Positions 49,647 to 58,513 of a DNA stretch of 64,000 bases are shown one piece after another. Positions within the stretch are counted from its first letter, which is position 1; each line of letters begins with the position of its first letter. The notes below the pieces were generated by a model. It saw nothing but the letters and a program-made list of their open reading frames with translations. It did no database searches and had not been told where the DNA came from. Made by a program: the position numbers and the translations under genes. Source of the stretch: an uncultured Candidatus Saccharibacteria bacterium (GTDB lineage Bacteria > Patescibacteriota > Minisyncoccia > Phycocordibacterales > UBA9973); contig CAZIZK010000001.1 of NCBI GenBank assembly GCA_964544225.1, positions 207,477-271,476 of the forward strand, in the 5' to 3' direction.

Positions 49647-50723
49647 ATGAAGAGTCTTCATAATAAAAACTTTCCTATACCACGATACTTGTCGATGTCG
49701 TCATGCGCTTTGGACATATCTGACAAGTCTATTAAGTATGGGCGCCTTGTACCTGACTCACAGGGCTTACGATTAGAAAATTATGACAGCGTTAAGATCG
49801 CCGACGGTATAATATCTGCAGGTAAGATAATAGATGAACTAAAATTGATTGAAGTATTGAAGTCTATTCGTATCAAACACAATCTAAATTTTGTCCGTAT
49901 TGCTCTCCCCGAAGAACAGATGTATATATTCAACCTGGTCCTTCCAAAGACTGATGGGGTAGACATACAGGAGACAATCCTACTCCAACTCGAAGAACAT
50001 ATCCCTATCTCTGCATCCGAAGCAGTCTTTGACTTTGATATTATTAGTGAGACAGACTCAAATGTTCTTGTTCAAATAGCCGCATCCGACGCTTCATTTT
50101 TAGAGAGCTACCTTTCTGTATTTGAAAGGGCGGGACTACATCCACTATCCTTTGAACTCGAGGACCAGGCTATTGCGCGCGCAGTAGTGCCATTTGATTC
50201 TACCGAGACAGTCATGATCGTCGACTTTGGTCAGACACGTACAGGTATATCTATTGCTTCCGCTGGACGAGTCATGTTCTCATCTACATTTGACATGGGT
50301 GGTCATGGGCTGACAGACATGGTGGCCAAAGCTTTCAATGTGTCATTCGACGAAGCCGAGAAGCTAAAGAGGGCATACGGTAAGAACCAAGGCACCCCGA
50401 ACGACTTGCTACCTATTATCATTAGCAATATTTCAGTTTTGCGCGATGAGTTGAATAAACACTATTCGTATTGGCACAGCCATGATAGTGAGGATGGCAA
50501 GCCTCATCCAAAGATTGAGCGAATATTATTGTGTGGTGGCGACTCGAACTTGATAGGTATTGTGCAGTACCTCGGCGCAAGTATGAAAGTGCCCGTAGAG
50601 TATGTGAATACTTGGGTCAATGTTATGAATATAGAAAGAGATGTCCCACAAATGCCTTTTGTGGACTCACTTAGTTATACTACAGTTATAGGGCTTGCAT
50701 TAAATGATTTTATGCACGAATAA
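49647..50723 (+). CDS. pilM: Type IV pilus assembly protein PilM
   Basis: ALDISDKSIK, IVDFGQTRT, EAEKLK, LLCGGDSNL. Confidence 0.9.
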   Translation: MKSLHNKNFPIPRYLSMSSCALDISDKSIKYGRLVPDSQGLRLENYDSVKIADGIISAGKIIDELKLIEVLKSIRIKHNLNFVRIALPEEQMYIFNLVLPKTDGVDIQETILLQLEEHIPISASEAVFDFDIISETDSNVLVQIAASDASFLESYLSVFERAGLHPLSFELEDQAIARAVVPFDSTETVMIVDFGQTRTGISIASAGRVMFSSTFDMGGHGLTDMVAKAFNVSFDEAEKLKRAYGKNQGTPNDLLPIIISNISVLRDELNKHYSYWHSHDSEDGKPHPKIERILLCGGDSNLIGIVQYLGASMKVPVEYVNTWVNVMNIERDVPQMPFVDSLSYTTVIGLALNDFMHE

Positions 50724-50726
50724 TTT

Positions 50727-51266
50727 ATGATCAACGTATTACCTACAGAAGAAAAGCAATCAATAAAGAAAGAGTATTATCTGCGCCTAGCGACAATACA
50801 CTTTTTCTTCATAGCATTGATGGCGCTTGTAGCTTCCGGTTTATTAGTACCATCATACTTGTATTCCAACACAAAGATAGATTTATTAAAAAATAGACTA
50901 GCTGAAATGAACAAGACCCAGCCGGACCTGAATGAAGAAGATCTATCAAAGATAATTAGCGATATCAACAACACACTATTGTTGCTATACAAAGGCAATA
51001 GTAAGTACGATATATCCAACAATGTTCTAGGTACTATCCTCGCATTACGTACACCTGGAGTAACCTTTAATCATATTGGTTATATAGAGCGCAATGATGC
51101 CAATAGAATAGTAGAAGTATTAGGTATTGCCCAGAGTCGCGAGGCCTTGCGTGTATTCCAAGACAAGCTCGAGAAGGACCCACGTATTGCAGGGGTAGAC
51201 TTGCCGATATCGAACTTTACAAAACGTACCAATATCGACTTTAAAGTTACAATAAAGATGAAATAA
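50727..51266 (+). CDS. pilN: PilN-like protein
   Basis: MINVLP start, TM, GIAQSREAL; follows pilM. Confidence 0.8.
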   Translation: MINVLPTEEKQSIKKEYYLRLATIHFFFIALMALVASGLLVPSYLYSNTKIDLLKNRLAEMNKTQPDLNEEDLSKIISDINNTLLLLYKGNSKYDISNNVLGTILALRTPGVTFNHIGYIERNDANRIVEVLGIAQSREALRVFQDKLEKDPRIAGVDLPISNFTKRTNIDFKVTIKMK

Positions 51267-51267
51267 T

Positions 51268-51819
51268 ATGCCAAACAAGAAAACATATATAATATTTACA
51301 ATATCATTATTTGCCACCTTACTAATGTTGGGAGTTTTGATATTTGTATTTTTACAAGTAAAGACAAAGAACGAACAGGCTTCAGTAATATCACAACAAA
51401 TTAGCAGAAAGGTAACCGAAGGTGAGAATGTGGAAACATTGAGGAATGTAATAGAAGATACAAAGGAAAAGAGGCAACAATTAAAGTCTTATGTTGTAGA
51501 CGAAAGTCGTATCGACGAATTCGTAGGCCAGATAGAGAGTGAGGGCGAGTTGATAGGTTTACCGATAACTATCAATAGCGTAGCACTGTCACCAACAAAG
51601 AAGAATGTTCTAGCCGTATCATTCTCTGGATCTGGAAGCTTTGATAAAGTTATGAAGATGGTGTCACTCGTGGAATATTCACCTTATCAGATACATATAA
51701 ATAATCTTGCTTTGAATAAATATACAAAGTCACTAGGTGATGCAAAGAAAGAGATAATCATCACCGAGTGGGATTTCCAAGTCGACTTCGAAGTAGTTAG
51801 TGATAATTCATTTAAATAA
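51268..51819 (+). CDS. pilO: PilO-like protein
   Basis: TM, coiled coil, GSFDKVMKMVSLVEYSPY; follows pilN. Confidence 0.75.
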   Translation: MPNKKTYIIFTISLFATLLMLGVLIFVFLQVKTKNEQASVISQQISRKVTEGENVETLRNVIEDTKEKRQQLKSYVVDESRIDEFVGQIESEGELIGLPITINSVALSPTKKNVLAVSFSGSGSFDKVMKMVSLVEYSPYQIHINNLALNKYTKSLGDAKKEIIITEWDFQVDFEVVSDNSFK

Positions 51820-51820
51820 T

Positions 51821-52144
51821 ATGAAATTACCAGATTTTAAAAACATTTTTCATAATAAGCCAAAGAAAGCTAAATTGGCAAAAGGTATAAATCCGCAACA
51901 TGATTGGGGGGTAACACTAAAGACGTACATGATAGTAGGTATAGTACTAATTATTTTTAGTTTGTATTTCCTAGCCAAGCTGAAAAATGACGAATTCTTT
52001 AATTCCAACGGATCTGGCAACAGTAGTCCAGCTACAATAGATCAGAAAATGCTCGATACAATACTTTCATCTTTCCAGAACAAGGCAAAGATGGTAAATG
52101 ATATCAAACTAGGGGACAAGGTCTTCGTAGACCCAAGTAGGTAA
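51821..52144 (+). CDS. Single-TM hypothetical protein ending the pilMNO operon
   Basis: INPQHDW, TM, C-terminal DPS. Confidence 0.7.
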   Translation: MKLPDFKNIFHNKPKKAKLAKGINPQHDWGVTLKTYMIVGIVLIIFSLYFLAKLKNDEFFNSNGSGNSSPATIDQKMLDTILSSFQNKAKMVNDIKLGDKVFVDPSR

Positions 52145-52148
52145 ATTG

Positions 52149-52220
52149 TGCCCTCGGCAGGAATCGAACCTGCAATAACGGCTTAGAAGTCCGCAGTTAT
52201 ATCCATTTAACTACAAGGGC
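52149..52220 (-). tRNA. tRNA-Arg(TCT)
   Basis: gcccttg/cgagggc acceptor stem, loop cttctaa, gcaggttcgattcctgc. Confidence 0.92.
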
Positions 52221-52233
52221 AAGGGGTTTGGAT

Positions 52234-52309
52234 TGGTGCGCGATGCAAGACTCGAACTTGCGACCTTCCCGGTGTAAACGGGTTGCTCTACCAACTGAGC
52301 TAATCGCGC
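52234..52309 (-). tRNA. tRNA-Val(TAC), CCA encoded
   Basis: gcgcgat/atcgcgc acceptor stem, loop tttacac, ends acca. Confidence 0.95.
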
Positions 52310-52420
52310 ATATTTACATTTATCTTAAAACTAAAGCACTTTACGCTCTTTGGTCCCATACCTACCAAGACAGCTAATCGCGCATATTTACATTTGTACT
52401 AAAACAGCTAATAACACATA
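52298..52420. repeat. Imperfect direct repeats of the tRNA-Val 5' end and leader
   Basis: agctaatcgcgcatatttacattt at 52298 and 52372, plus a decayed cagctaataacacata at ~52405. Confidence 0.75.
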
Positions 52421-52483
52421 AGCACAAGATAGATAATAGCATATTTTTAATATATTTCAACCTTATGCTAGTATGTAACTATA

Positions 52484-53281
52484 ATGAAAATAACTACACT
52501 ATATGAAGATGCAAATGTTTTGGTTATAAACAAACCAGCGGGTATTGCTGTGCATGGTGATGGCAAGCCCACAAAGTCCATGACTGTTGCTGACTTTGTA
52601 TTGGAAAACTACCCAAAATTGAAAAATGTTGGCGAGCCGATGGAGGTGGCCCGTGCCGGTGGAAAGGTGGAGAAGATCCCTCGCCCTGGTATTGTGCACC
52701 GTATCGACAAGGAAACTTCAGGGTGCTTAATAATAGCAAAGAACAATAAAACTTTTGAATTACTAAAGGAACAGTTCCAGAACCATGAAGTAAAGAAGGT
52801 GTACCGAGCTTTTGTGTATGGTAAAGTTGCGGACCCACGTGCATCACTTGCTACAGGTATGAGGGGTAAGATATCGGCCCCTATTGGCCGTAGCCCAAAC
52901 GATGTTCGTATGTGGACAGCAGGGCGCGGTGCACGTGAGCCGGTTCGTGATGCCACAACCGAGTATATTGTATTGGACAGGTTCTATGACACAGATAGTG
53001 CGGTGGATATGAAGTCTGCTGACCACCAGTTTTCATACATTGAGGCGTATCCAAGGACAGGGCGTACCCACCAAATACGTGTACATTTCCGATATATCAA
53101 TCACCCAATAGTCTCCGACCCACTTTACCGCAGTAGCAAGGACATGGCCCTCGGCATGAAGCGCCTCGCATTGCATGCAATGAAGATCACCTTTACCTTA
53201 CCTAATGGCAAGCCTATAACAGTCGAGGCTCCACTACCGACAGACTTCAAAAAGGTCATAAAAGAGCACAATCTTGCTTAA
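52484..53281 (+). CDS. RluA family pseudouridine synthase
   Basis: [42 protein letters not shown]. Confidence 0.95.
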   Translation: MKITTLYEDANVLVINKPAGIAVHGDGKPTKSMTVADFVLENYPKLKNVGEPMEVARAGGKVEKIPRPGIVHRIDKETSGCLIIAKNNKTFELLKEQFQNHEVKKVYRAFVYGKVADPRASLATGMRGKISAPIGRSPNDVRMWTAGRGAREPVRDATTEYIVLDRFYDTDSAVDMKSADHQFSYIEAYPRTGRTHQIRVHFRYINHPIVSDPLYRSSKDMALGMKRLALHAMKITFTLPNGKPITVEAPLPTDFKKVIKEHNLA

Positions 53282-53309
53282 AATAGGCATATATGCTAAA
53301 GTGGGCCTT

Positions 53310-53723
53310 ATGGAAAAAGGAAATATAATACTAACTCCAGTAGACATATCAGATCGCAAAAAGCTTGATTTCAAGGCTGGTGACACTGTTCGTGTATGGA
53401 GTAAAATCATAGAAAAGGGTAAAACTCGTCTTCAAGCATTTGAAGGTCTAGTTTTGGCTCGTAAACATGGTACAGAAATAGGTGGTACATTTACAGTTCG
53501 CAAGGTAGCAAGTGGTGTAGGCGTAGAACGTATCTTTCCACTATATTCACCAAACATCGACAAGATAGAAATAATCAAGAAATCAAAGACTCGCAAGAGC
53601 AAACTATATTACATCCGTACAAAGGCTGTGAAGGAAGTAAAGAAGAGACTAAAGAGTATCACGCTTTCAAAAGAGGAATCAGCTGAACAATCATCTACAT
53701 CTGAGGAATCAAAATCTGAATAA
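53310..53723 (+). CDS. rplS: 50S ribosomal protein L19
   Basis: [36 protein letters not shown]. Confidence 0.97.
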   Translation: MEKGNIILTPVDISDRKKLDFKAGDTVRVWSKIIEKGKTRLQAFEGLVLARKHGTEIGGTFTVRKVASGVGVERIFPLYSPNIDKIEIIKKSKTRKSKLYYIRTKAVKEVKKRLKSITLSKEESAEQSSTSEESKSE

Positions 53724-53728
53724 TAAAT

Positions 53729-53758
53729 AAACCACCCCGACGAAAGTCGGGGTGGTTT
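53729..53758 (+). terminator. Intrinsic terminator after rplS
   Basis: aaaccaccccgac-gaaa-gtcggggtggttt. Confidence 0.8.
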
Positions 53759-53815
53759 TGTATTTATTGAAAAATATTACCAAAAAGGCTATACTCATAC
53801 CGTTGTTTATAAAAT

Positions 53816-53899
53816 GCACGGGTGGCGAAACTGGTAGACGCACTACCTTGAGGTGGTAGCGGGAGCAATCCCATGGAAGTTCAAGTCTTCTCTCGTGCA
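53816..53899 (+). tRNA. tRNA-Leu(GAG)
   Basis: ctacc-ttgaggt-ggtag anticodon arm, long variable arm, gttcaagtc T-loop. Confidence 0.93.
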
Positions 53900-53935
53900 C
53901 AAAATAAAAATAAATATTTATGTTACACTTCTTTT

Positions 53936-55681
53936 ATGACCCAAGAGGAAGCTTTAACAATTCTAAAAACTGGAGCCAATGTGTTCCTCACTGGTGAGCC
54001 TGGTGCGGGTAAGACTCATACTATAAATGAATATATAAATTATTTGCGGGCTCATGAAATAGAGCCGGCTATTACTGCATCCACCGGTATTGCTGCGACG
54101 CATATTGGGGGCCTGACTATTCACTCATGGAGCGGTATTGGTATAAAGCCGAAACTAACCAGGTACGATATAGACAAGATAGCTACAAATGAACACTTGG
54201 TGCGCCGTATATCTAAAACCCACGTTCTAATTATCGATGAAGTTTCCATGTTGCCACCCGACACACTAACATCTGTGGATATGGTATGTAGGGAGATAAA
54301 GCAGACTAACGAGCCTTTTGGTGGCATGCAGATAATATTTGTCGGCGACTTCTTTCAGCTCCCACCCATCATGAAGAAGGAGCCCGTGGTTAGTAAAAGT
54401 GACCCATATAATCAAGACATATTCGAAGATGGTGCCATGCCGAATCAGAGCGTCCGCTTTGCCTATGGATCAAGTGCATGGGAGAGTGCCCGGCCGATTA
54501 TCTGCTATATATCTGAACAGCACCGCCAAGATGATGATACATTCCTATCGCTACTGTCAGCTATCCGTCGCAACGAGTTCAACGAGGACCATATGGAATA
54601 TATACAGGAACGTGTGGTGGAAAGGGAGGAGTCAAAGAAGCATTATCCAAAGCTTTTCTCACACAATGTAGATGTGGATACTGTAAATACCGAAATGCTA
54701 GGCAAGATAGATGCCACCCAACAAAGCTACCAAATGAAGTCCGCTGGCAATACAACGCTCGTTGCAATATTGAAGAAGGGGTGCTTGTCACCAGAACTTT
54801 TACATCTGAAAGTTGGGGCCGAGGTAATGTGTACAAAGAATAATATTAAAGATGGATATGTAAACGGAACATTGGCCAATGTTGTAGGCTTTGCGCCAGA
54901 TTCGAAATACCCAATTATTAAAACTCCAAATAATAAGATCATTACTATCGAGCCTGCCGAGTGGTTAGTAGAGGAGAACGGCAAGATAAAGGCAAGTATT
55001 AGTCAGATACCCCTGCGTCTTGCTTGGGCCATAACTGTGCACAAGAGTCAGGGTATGAGTATGGATAAAGCGGTGATGGATTTATCTGGCGTCTTTGAAT
55101 ATGGTCAGGGCTATGTAGCACTTTCCCGTGTTCGCAATCTGGCAGGGTTATATATCCTAGGCTACAACGCCCGTGCATTCCAGGTACACCCTGAAGTGCT
55201 GAAGAAGGATATCGAGTTCCATACACTTTCCGATATTGCCGAGGAGAAGTTTGCCAACCTGCCGAAAGATGAATTGCAAAAAATGCACGAGAATTTTATC
55301 TTGGTATCTGGTGGGGTAGTGGTGCCAAAAAATAATTATAAAAAGAAAGATTACCTTACCAAAGAGAAAAAGCTTCACACCACAGAAGTTACCTTGAACT
55401 TGTGGAAAGAGGGGAAGGATGTATACCAGATAGCTGACGCGAGGGCCCTTTCTGCCAAGACTATTTGGGGGCATATTGAAGAACTAATAGAGGATGGCAA
55501 GATAGTCTACCCGGATATGAATAGGTTAATAACAAAAGAGATAAAGAAGTCCATGCCTGAAATAATCAAAGCTTTCAAGAAGCTCGATACCGACAAGCTC
55601 TCGCCATTATTTGAGCACTTTGATGGCAAATATTCCTACGACGATATACGTGTAGTGAGGATGTTGATGAATGTACACTAA
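53936..55681 (+). CDS. PIF1-like SF1B helicase with a C-terminal helix-turn-helix domain
   Basis: LTGEPGAGKT, ASTGIAA, TIHSWSG, IIDEVSM, GDFFQLPP, QIPLRLAWAITVHKSQG, YVALSR; IADARALSAKTIWGH. Confidence 0.92.
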   Translation: MTQEEALTILKTGANVFLTGEPGAGKTHTINEYINYLRAHEIEPAITASTGIAATHIGGLTIHSWSGIGIKPKLTRYDIDKIATNEHLVRRISKTHVLIIDEVSMLPPDTLTSVDMVCREIKQTNEPFGGMQIIFVGDFFQLPPIMKKEPVVSKSDPYNQDIFEDGAMPNQSVRFAYGSSAWESARPIICYISEQHRQDDDTFLSLLSAIRRNEFNEDHMEYIQERVVEREESKKHYPKLFSHNVDVDTVNTEMLGKIDATQQSYQMKSAGNTTLVAILKKGCLSPELLHLKVGAEVMCTKNNIKDGYVNGTLANVVGFAPDSKYPIIKTPNNKIITIEPAEWLVEENGKIKASISQIPLRLAWAITVHKSQGMSMDKAVMDLSGVFEYGQGYVALSRVRNLAGLYILGYNARAFQVHPEVLKKDIEFHTLSDIAEEKFANLPKDELQKMHENFILVSGGVVVPKNNYKKKDYLTKEKKLHTTEVTLNLWKEGKDVYQIADARALSAKTIWGHIEELIEDGKIVYPDMNRLITKEIKKSMPEIIKAFKKLDTDKLSPLFEHFDGKYSYDDIRVVRMLMNVH

Positions 55682-55731
55682 TTGACAAAGGCACCCCTTT
55701 TCTATAAGCTGAGCAAAAAAGAACATAGAAA

Positions 55732-57066
55732 ATGGTAGAAAAACTAAAAGATGTCGTCATCGCCAAATTTGGTGGTACTTCAAATGCAAATGCGGAACAG
55801 ATTCAAAAAGTTCTGGGGATTTTAAAAAATTATTCCAAGGCCAAGACTGTTGTGCTTTCTGCACCAGGGAAAGAAACATCTGACGATGTAAAAGTTACCG
55901 ATTTGTTAATTCAAATTGCAGATAAAGCTTGCGCTGGTGAGCCTTGGGATTATGTTTGGGAAGATGTTGCAAAACGCTTCCATAATATAATCGACGAGCT
56001 CGGGTTACCAGATGGACTGAAAAGCTTCGTTGATAGAACCAAAAAACAGATTGCCAAAACGCCTTATAGAGATTTTATTTTAAGTCGAGGAGAGTTTCTT
56101 CAGGCTTATATATTTTATTTCTTTTTGGAAGATGTAGGAATCGATACTAAGTTCGTTGATGCAAAGAAGTGTATTTTTTTTACAAATTCTGGAGAGTTAG
56201 ATGAAAAATCTATTTCGATTAATATCAGACGGTTTAAAAATACTGATTCTTTCCATATCGTGCCTGGTTTCTATGGGTTAGATTTTTTCAATCGAATAAA
56301 GACTTTTTCACGTGGAGGGTCGGATCTAACTGGTGCAATTATTGCCTCTTTTGCTAAAGCTTCCGTTTACGAAAACTGGACTGATGTTGACGGCTTCTAC
56401 ACAGCTGACCCAAGACATGTGCCAAACGCACGTCCTAACAAAGAGATGACTTACGAAGAGGTAAGCATACTTTCCTATGCGGGCTCGAATGTTTTACATG
56501 AAGATACTATGACGATTCTTCAGGAGCATAATATTGTTCTCCACATTCGTAACACCAATAACCCAGAAGCTCCTGGCACAAAGATAGTGCCCAAGATGCA
56601 AGTTCGTAATAAAGGCTTGGTTGGTGTTGTTGGTCAGGAAGGTTTTACTGTTATCAATATCAGTAAGATCGGGGCTCAGTATCAAACAGGCTTTGGTGCA
56701 GGGATATTGGATACACTTGTTGAGTTCGATATTTCGTATTCGTATGAATTACCATCTGGGCGCGACAATTCCAAATTTGCTATTAAGTCTGAGTTACTGG
56801 AAAAGGTTGATGTGTTTGCACTTCAGGAAAGAATTAAAGAAGTTGTGAACCCTAAAACTATTTCAATCGTGGAAGAAGTGGGTGTAATAAATGCAATTGC
56901 ATATAACCCTACCGATTTTACCGACATTTTGTTGGTGTTGGAACGCAACGCTATCCCCGTGCGTACAAAAAGTCATGACGATGACACAGGCCAGATTATT
57001 ATCACACTACCCGAAGGGTATGTGAATAGGGCTGTATGTTTGATCCATGATCGATTTTTTCATTAA
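55732..57066 (+). CDS. Aspartate kinase with ACT domains
   Basis: AKFGGTS, LSAPGK, KVTDLL, SRGE, TFSRGGSDLTG, ENWTDVDG..ADPR. Confidence 0.9.
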   Translation: MVEKLKDVVIAKFGGTSNANAEQIQKVLGILKNYSKAKTVVLSAPGKETSDDVKVTDLLIQIADKACAGEPWDYVWEDVAKRFHNIIDELGLPDGLKSFVDRTKKQIAKTPYRDFILSRGEFLQAYIFYFFLEDVGIDTKFVDAKKCIFFTNSGELDEKSISINIRRFKNTDSFHIVPGFYGLDFFNRIKTFSRGGSDLTGAIIASFAKASVYENWTDVDGFYTADPRHVPNARPNKEMTYEEVSILSYAGSNVLHEDTMTILQEHNIVLHIRNTNNPEAPGTKIVPKMQVRNKGLVGVVGQEGFTVINISKIGAQYQTGFGAGILDTLVEFDISYSYELPSGRDNSKFAIKSELLEKVDVFALQERIKEVVNPKTISIVEEVGVINAIAYNPTDFTDILLVLERNAIPVRTKSHDDDTGQIIITLPEGYVNRAVCLIHDRFFH

Positions 57067-57087
57067 AATTTCATTTTACATTATCAC

Positions 57088-57116
57088 AACGGTTGCCTAT
57101 ATGGTGACCGTTTTTT
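57088..57116 (+). terminator. Intrinsic terminator
   Basis: aacggttgcc-tatat-ggtgaccgtttttt. Confidence 0.7.
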
Positions 57117-57136
57117 ATTTATGGTATTATTTTTCT

Positions 57137-57886
57137 ATGGATAAATTAGATTCAATAGAACAAATAAAGCAAAAATGGGGTAAAAATAAAGTAGTCCCAG
57201 TTCACCTTGAGGAGGAGTTCTACAATGTAATACAATATTACCCAGAACTTGAAAATACTTATATTGTTGTTATCGAGACCATTTTCTATGGAACATCAAA
57301 TACTTTGCGTGCGTACCCACCGCTCCTTACTTATTTTTATAAAAACAAAGACAGGGTGTATTCAATAGTTATAAATTTGAATAAAAAAGTACCGATACCA
57401 TTTTATTCACTTTCGAAAAAAGACAAAGAGGGGATGCTGGCTCACGAGCTTGCCCATGTTTCTGATTATGCAAAGAGGACTCAATTTAGCCTAATATGGA
57501 TGGGGATTCATTTTTTGATTTCAAAAAGATACGTTCGCGAGATGGAGCATTCTGCAGACAGGAAAGTTGTAGAAATGGGGTGTGGAGATTTACTTCTTTC
57601 ATATAGAAAATATTTGCTTGAAAAATCTGACTACGCTCATGCAAGCTATATAAGGAATATGTACCTTACTCCAAAAGAAATATTAGATGAAATGAAAAAG
57701 TATCCTTCTTTATATAAAATCGATTTATATAAAATAGATTTACAATACGAGTCTTTAAATCTTAAGATTCATAAAAAAAGTTTATTAAATAGAATAAAGC
57801 ACATGTTTAAAGTGATATTAGGTTTTATCCCTGCTATTGCTGAAATGATGTATCTACTACATATCAAAAGGATACATAGAAATTAA
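57137..57886 (+). CDS. Hypothetical HEXXH zincin-like metallopeptidase
   Basis: GMLAHELAHVSDY followed by EHSAD. Confidence 0.65.
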   Translation: MDKLDSIEQIKQKWGKNKVVPVHLEEEFYNVIQYYPELENTYIVVIETIFYGTSNTLRAYPPLLTYFYKNKDRVYSIVINLNKKVPIPFYSLSKKDKEGMLAHELAHVSDYAKRTQFSLIWMGIHFLISKRYVREMEHSADRKVVEMGCGDLLLSYRKYLLEKSDYAHASYIRNMYLTPKEILDEMKKYPSLYKIDLYKIDLQYESLNLKIHKKSLLNRIKHMFKVILGFIPAIAEMMYLLHIKRIHRN

Positions 57887-57934
57887 TATATAGAATTATC
57901 TAATAACTTTCACTCATGTGTTAGAATAATCTAT

Positions 57935-58492
57935 ATGCAAATCTTGTATCTATTTTTAATTGTTGTATCACTTGGGCTTGTAACTCTCATGGCCTTATGG
58001 GCATGGACAGGGCTCACTGCTCGCGTGCCTTTTGTGCCAGTACCTACTTCGATGTTAAAAGATATCAACAAAAGCCTCGATGCACATACTGGTGATGTTG
58101 TTTATGACCTGGGTTGTGGTGATGGCCGAGTTTTATTGTATATGGCACGGCTCAATAAAGGTATTCAGTACATAGGTATCGAGAACGGGCCCTTCCCGTA
58201 TATATTGGCCAAATTCAGCGCATGGCTTGATCGTGTACGGGGCAAGTCCGATGTACAGATTATATATGGCGACTTCTTCAATCACGATATATCTTCCGCT
58301 ACACACATATATACATATTTATATCCACAAGTTATGGATGACCTACTCGGTAAGTTTGACAGGGGGTTGAAGCCAGGTTCACGACTTGTATCTAAAGCTT
58401 TTAAATTTACTTTAAAGAAGGAAGTGGGGGAGGTGGACTTGGCTCGTAGCAATAATCAACTTGCACACAAATTATATATTTATGAATTCTAA
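57935..58492 (+). CDS. Membrane-anchored class I SAM-dependent methyltransferase
   Basis: PFVP, VYDLGCGDGR, GIEN, GDFF, LKPGSRLVS. Confidence 0.9.
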   Translation: MQILYLFLIVVSLGLVTLMALWAWTGLTARVPFVPVPTSMLKDINKSLDAHTGDVVYDLGCGDGRVLLYMARLNKGIQYIGIENGPFPYILAKFSAWLDRVRGKSDVQIIYGDFFNHDISSATHIYTYLYPQVMDDLLGKFDRGLKPGSRLVSKAFKFTLKKEVGEVDLARSNNQLAHKLYIYEF

Positions 58493-58513
58493 TTCATAGT
58501 GTATAATATAAAT

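Noticed and set aside
53936-57886. Genomic island integrated at tRNA-Leu
   Set aside because: No integrase and no downstream duplication of the tRNA 3' end was seen.
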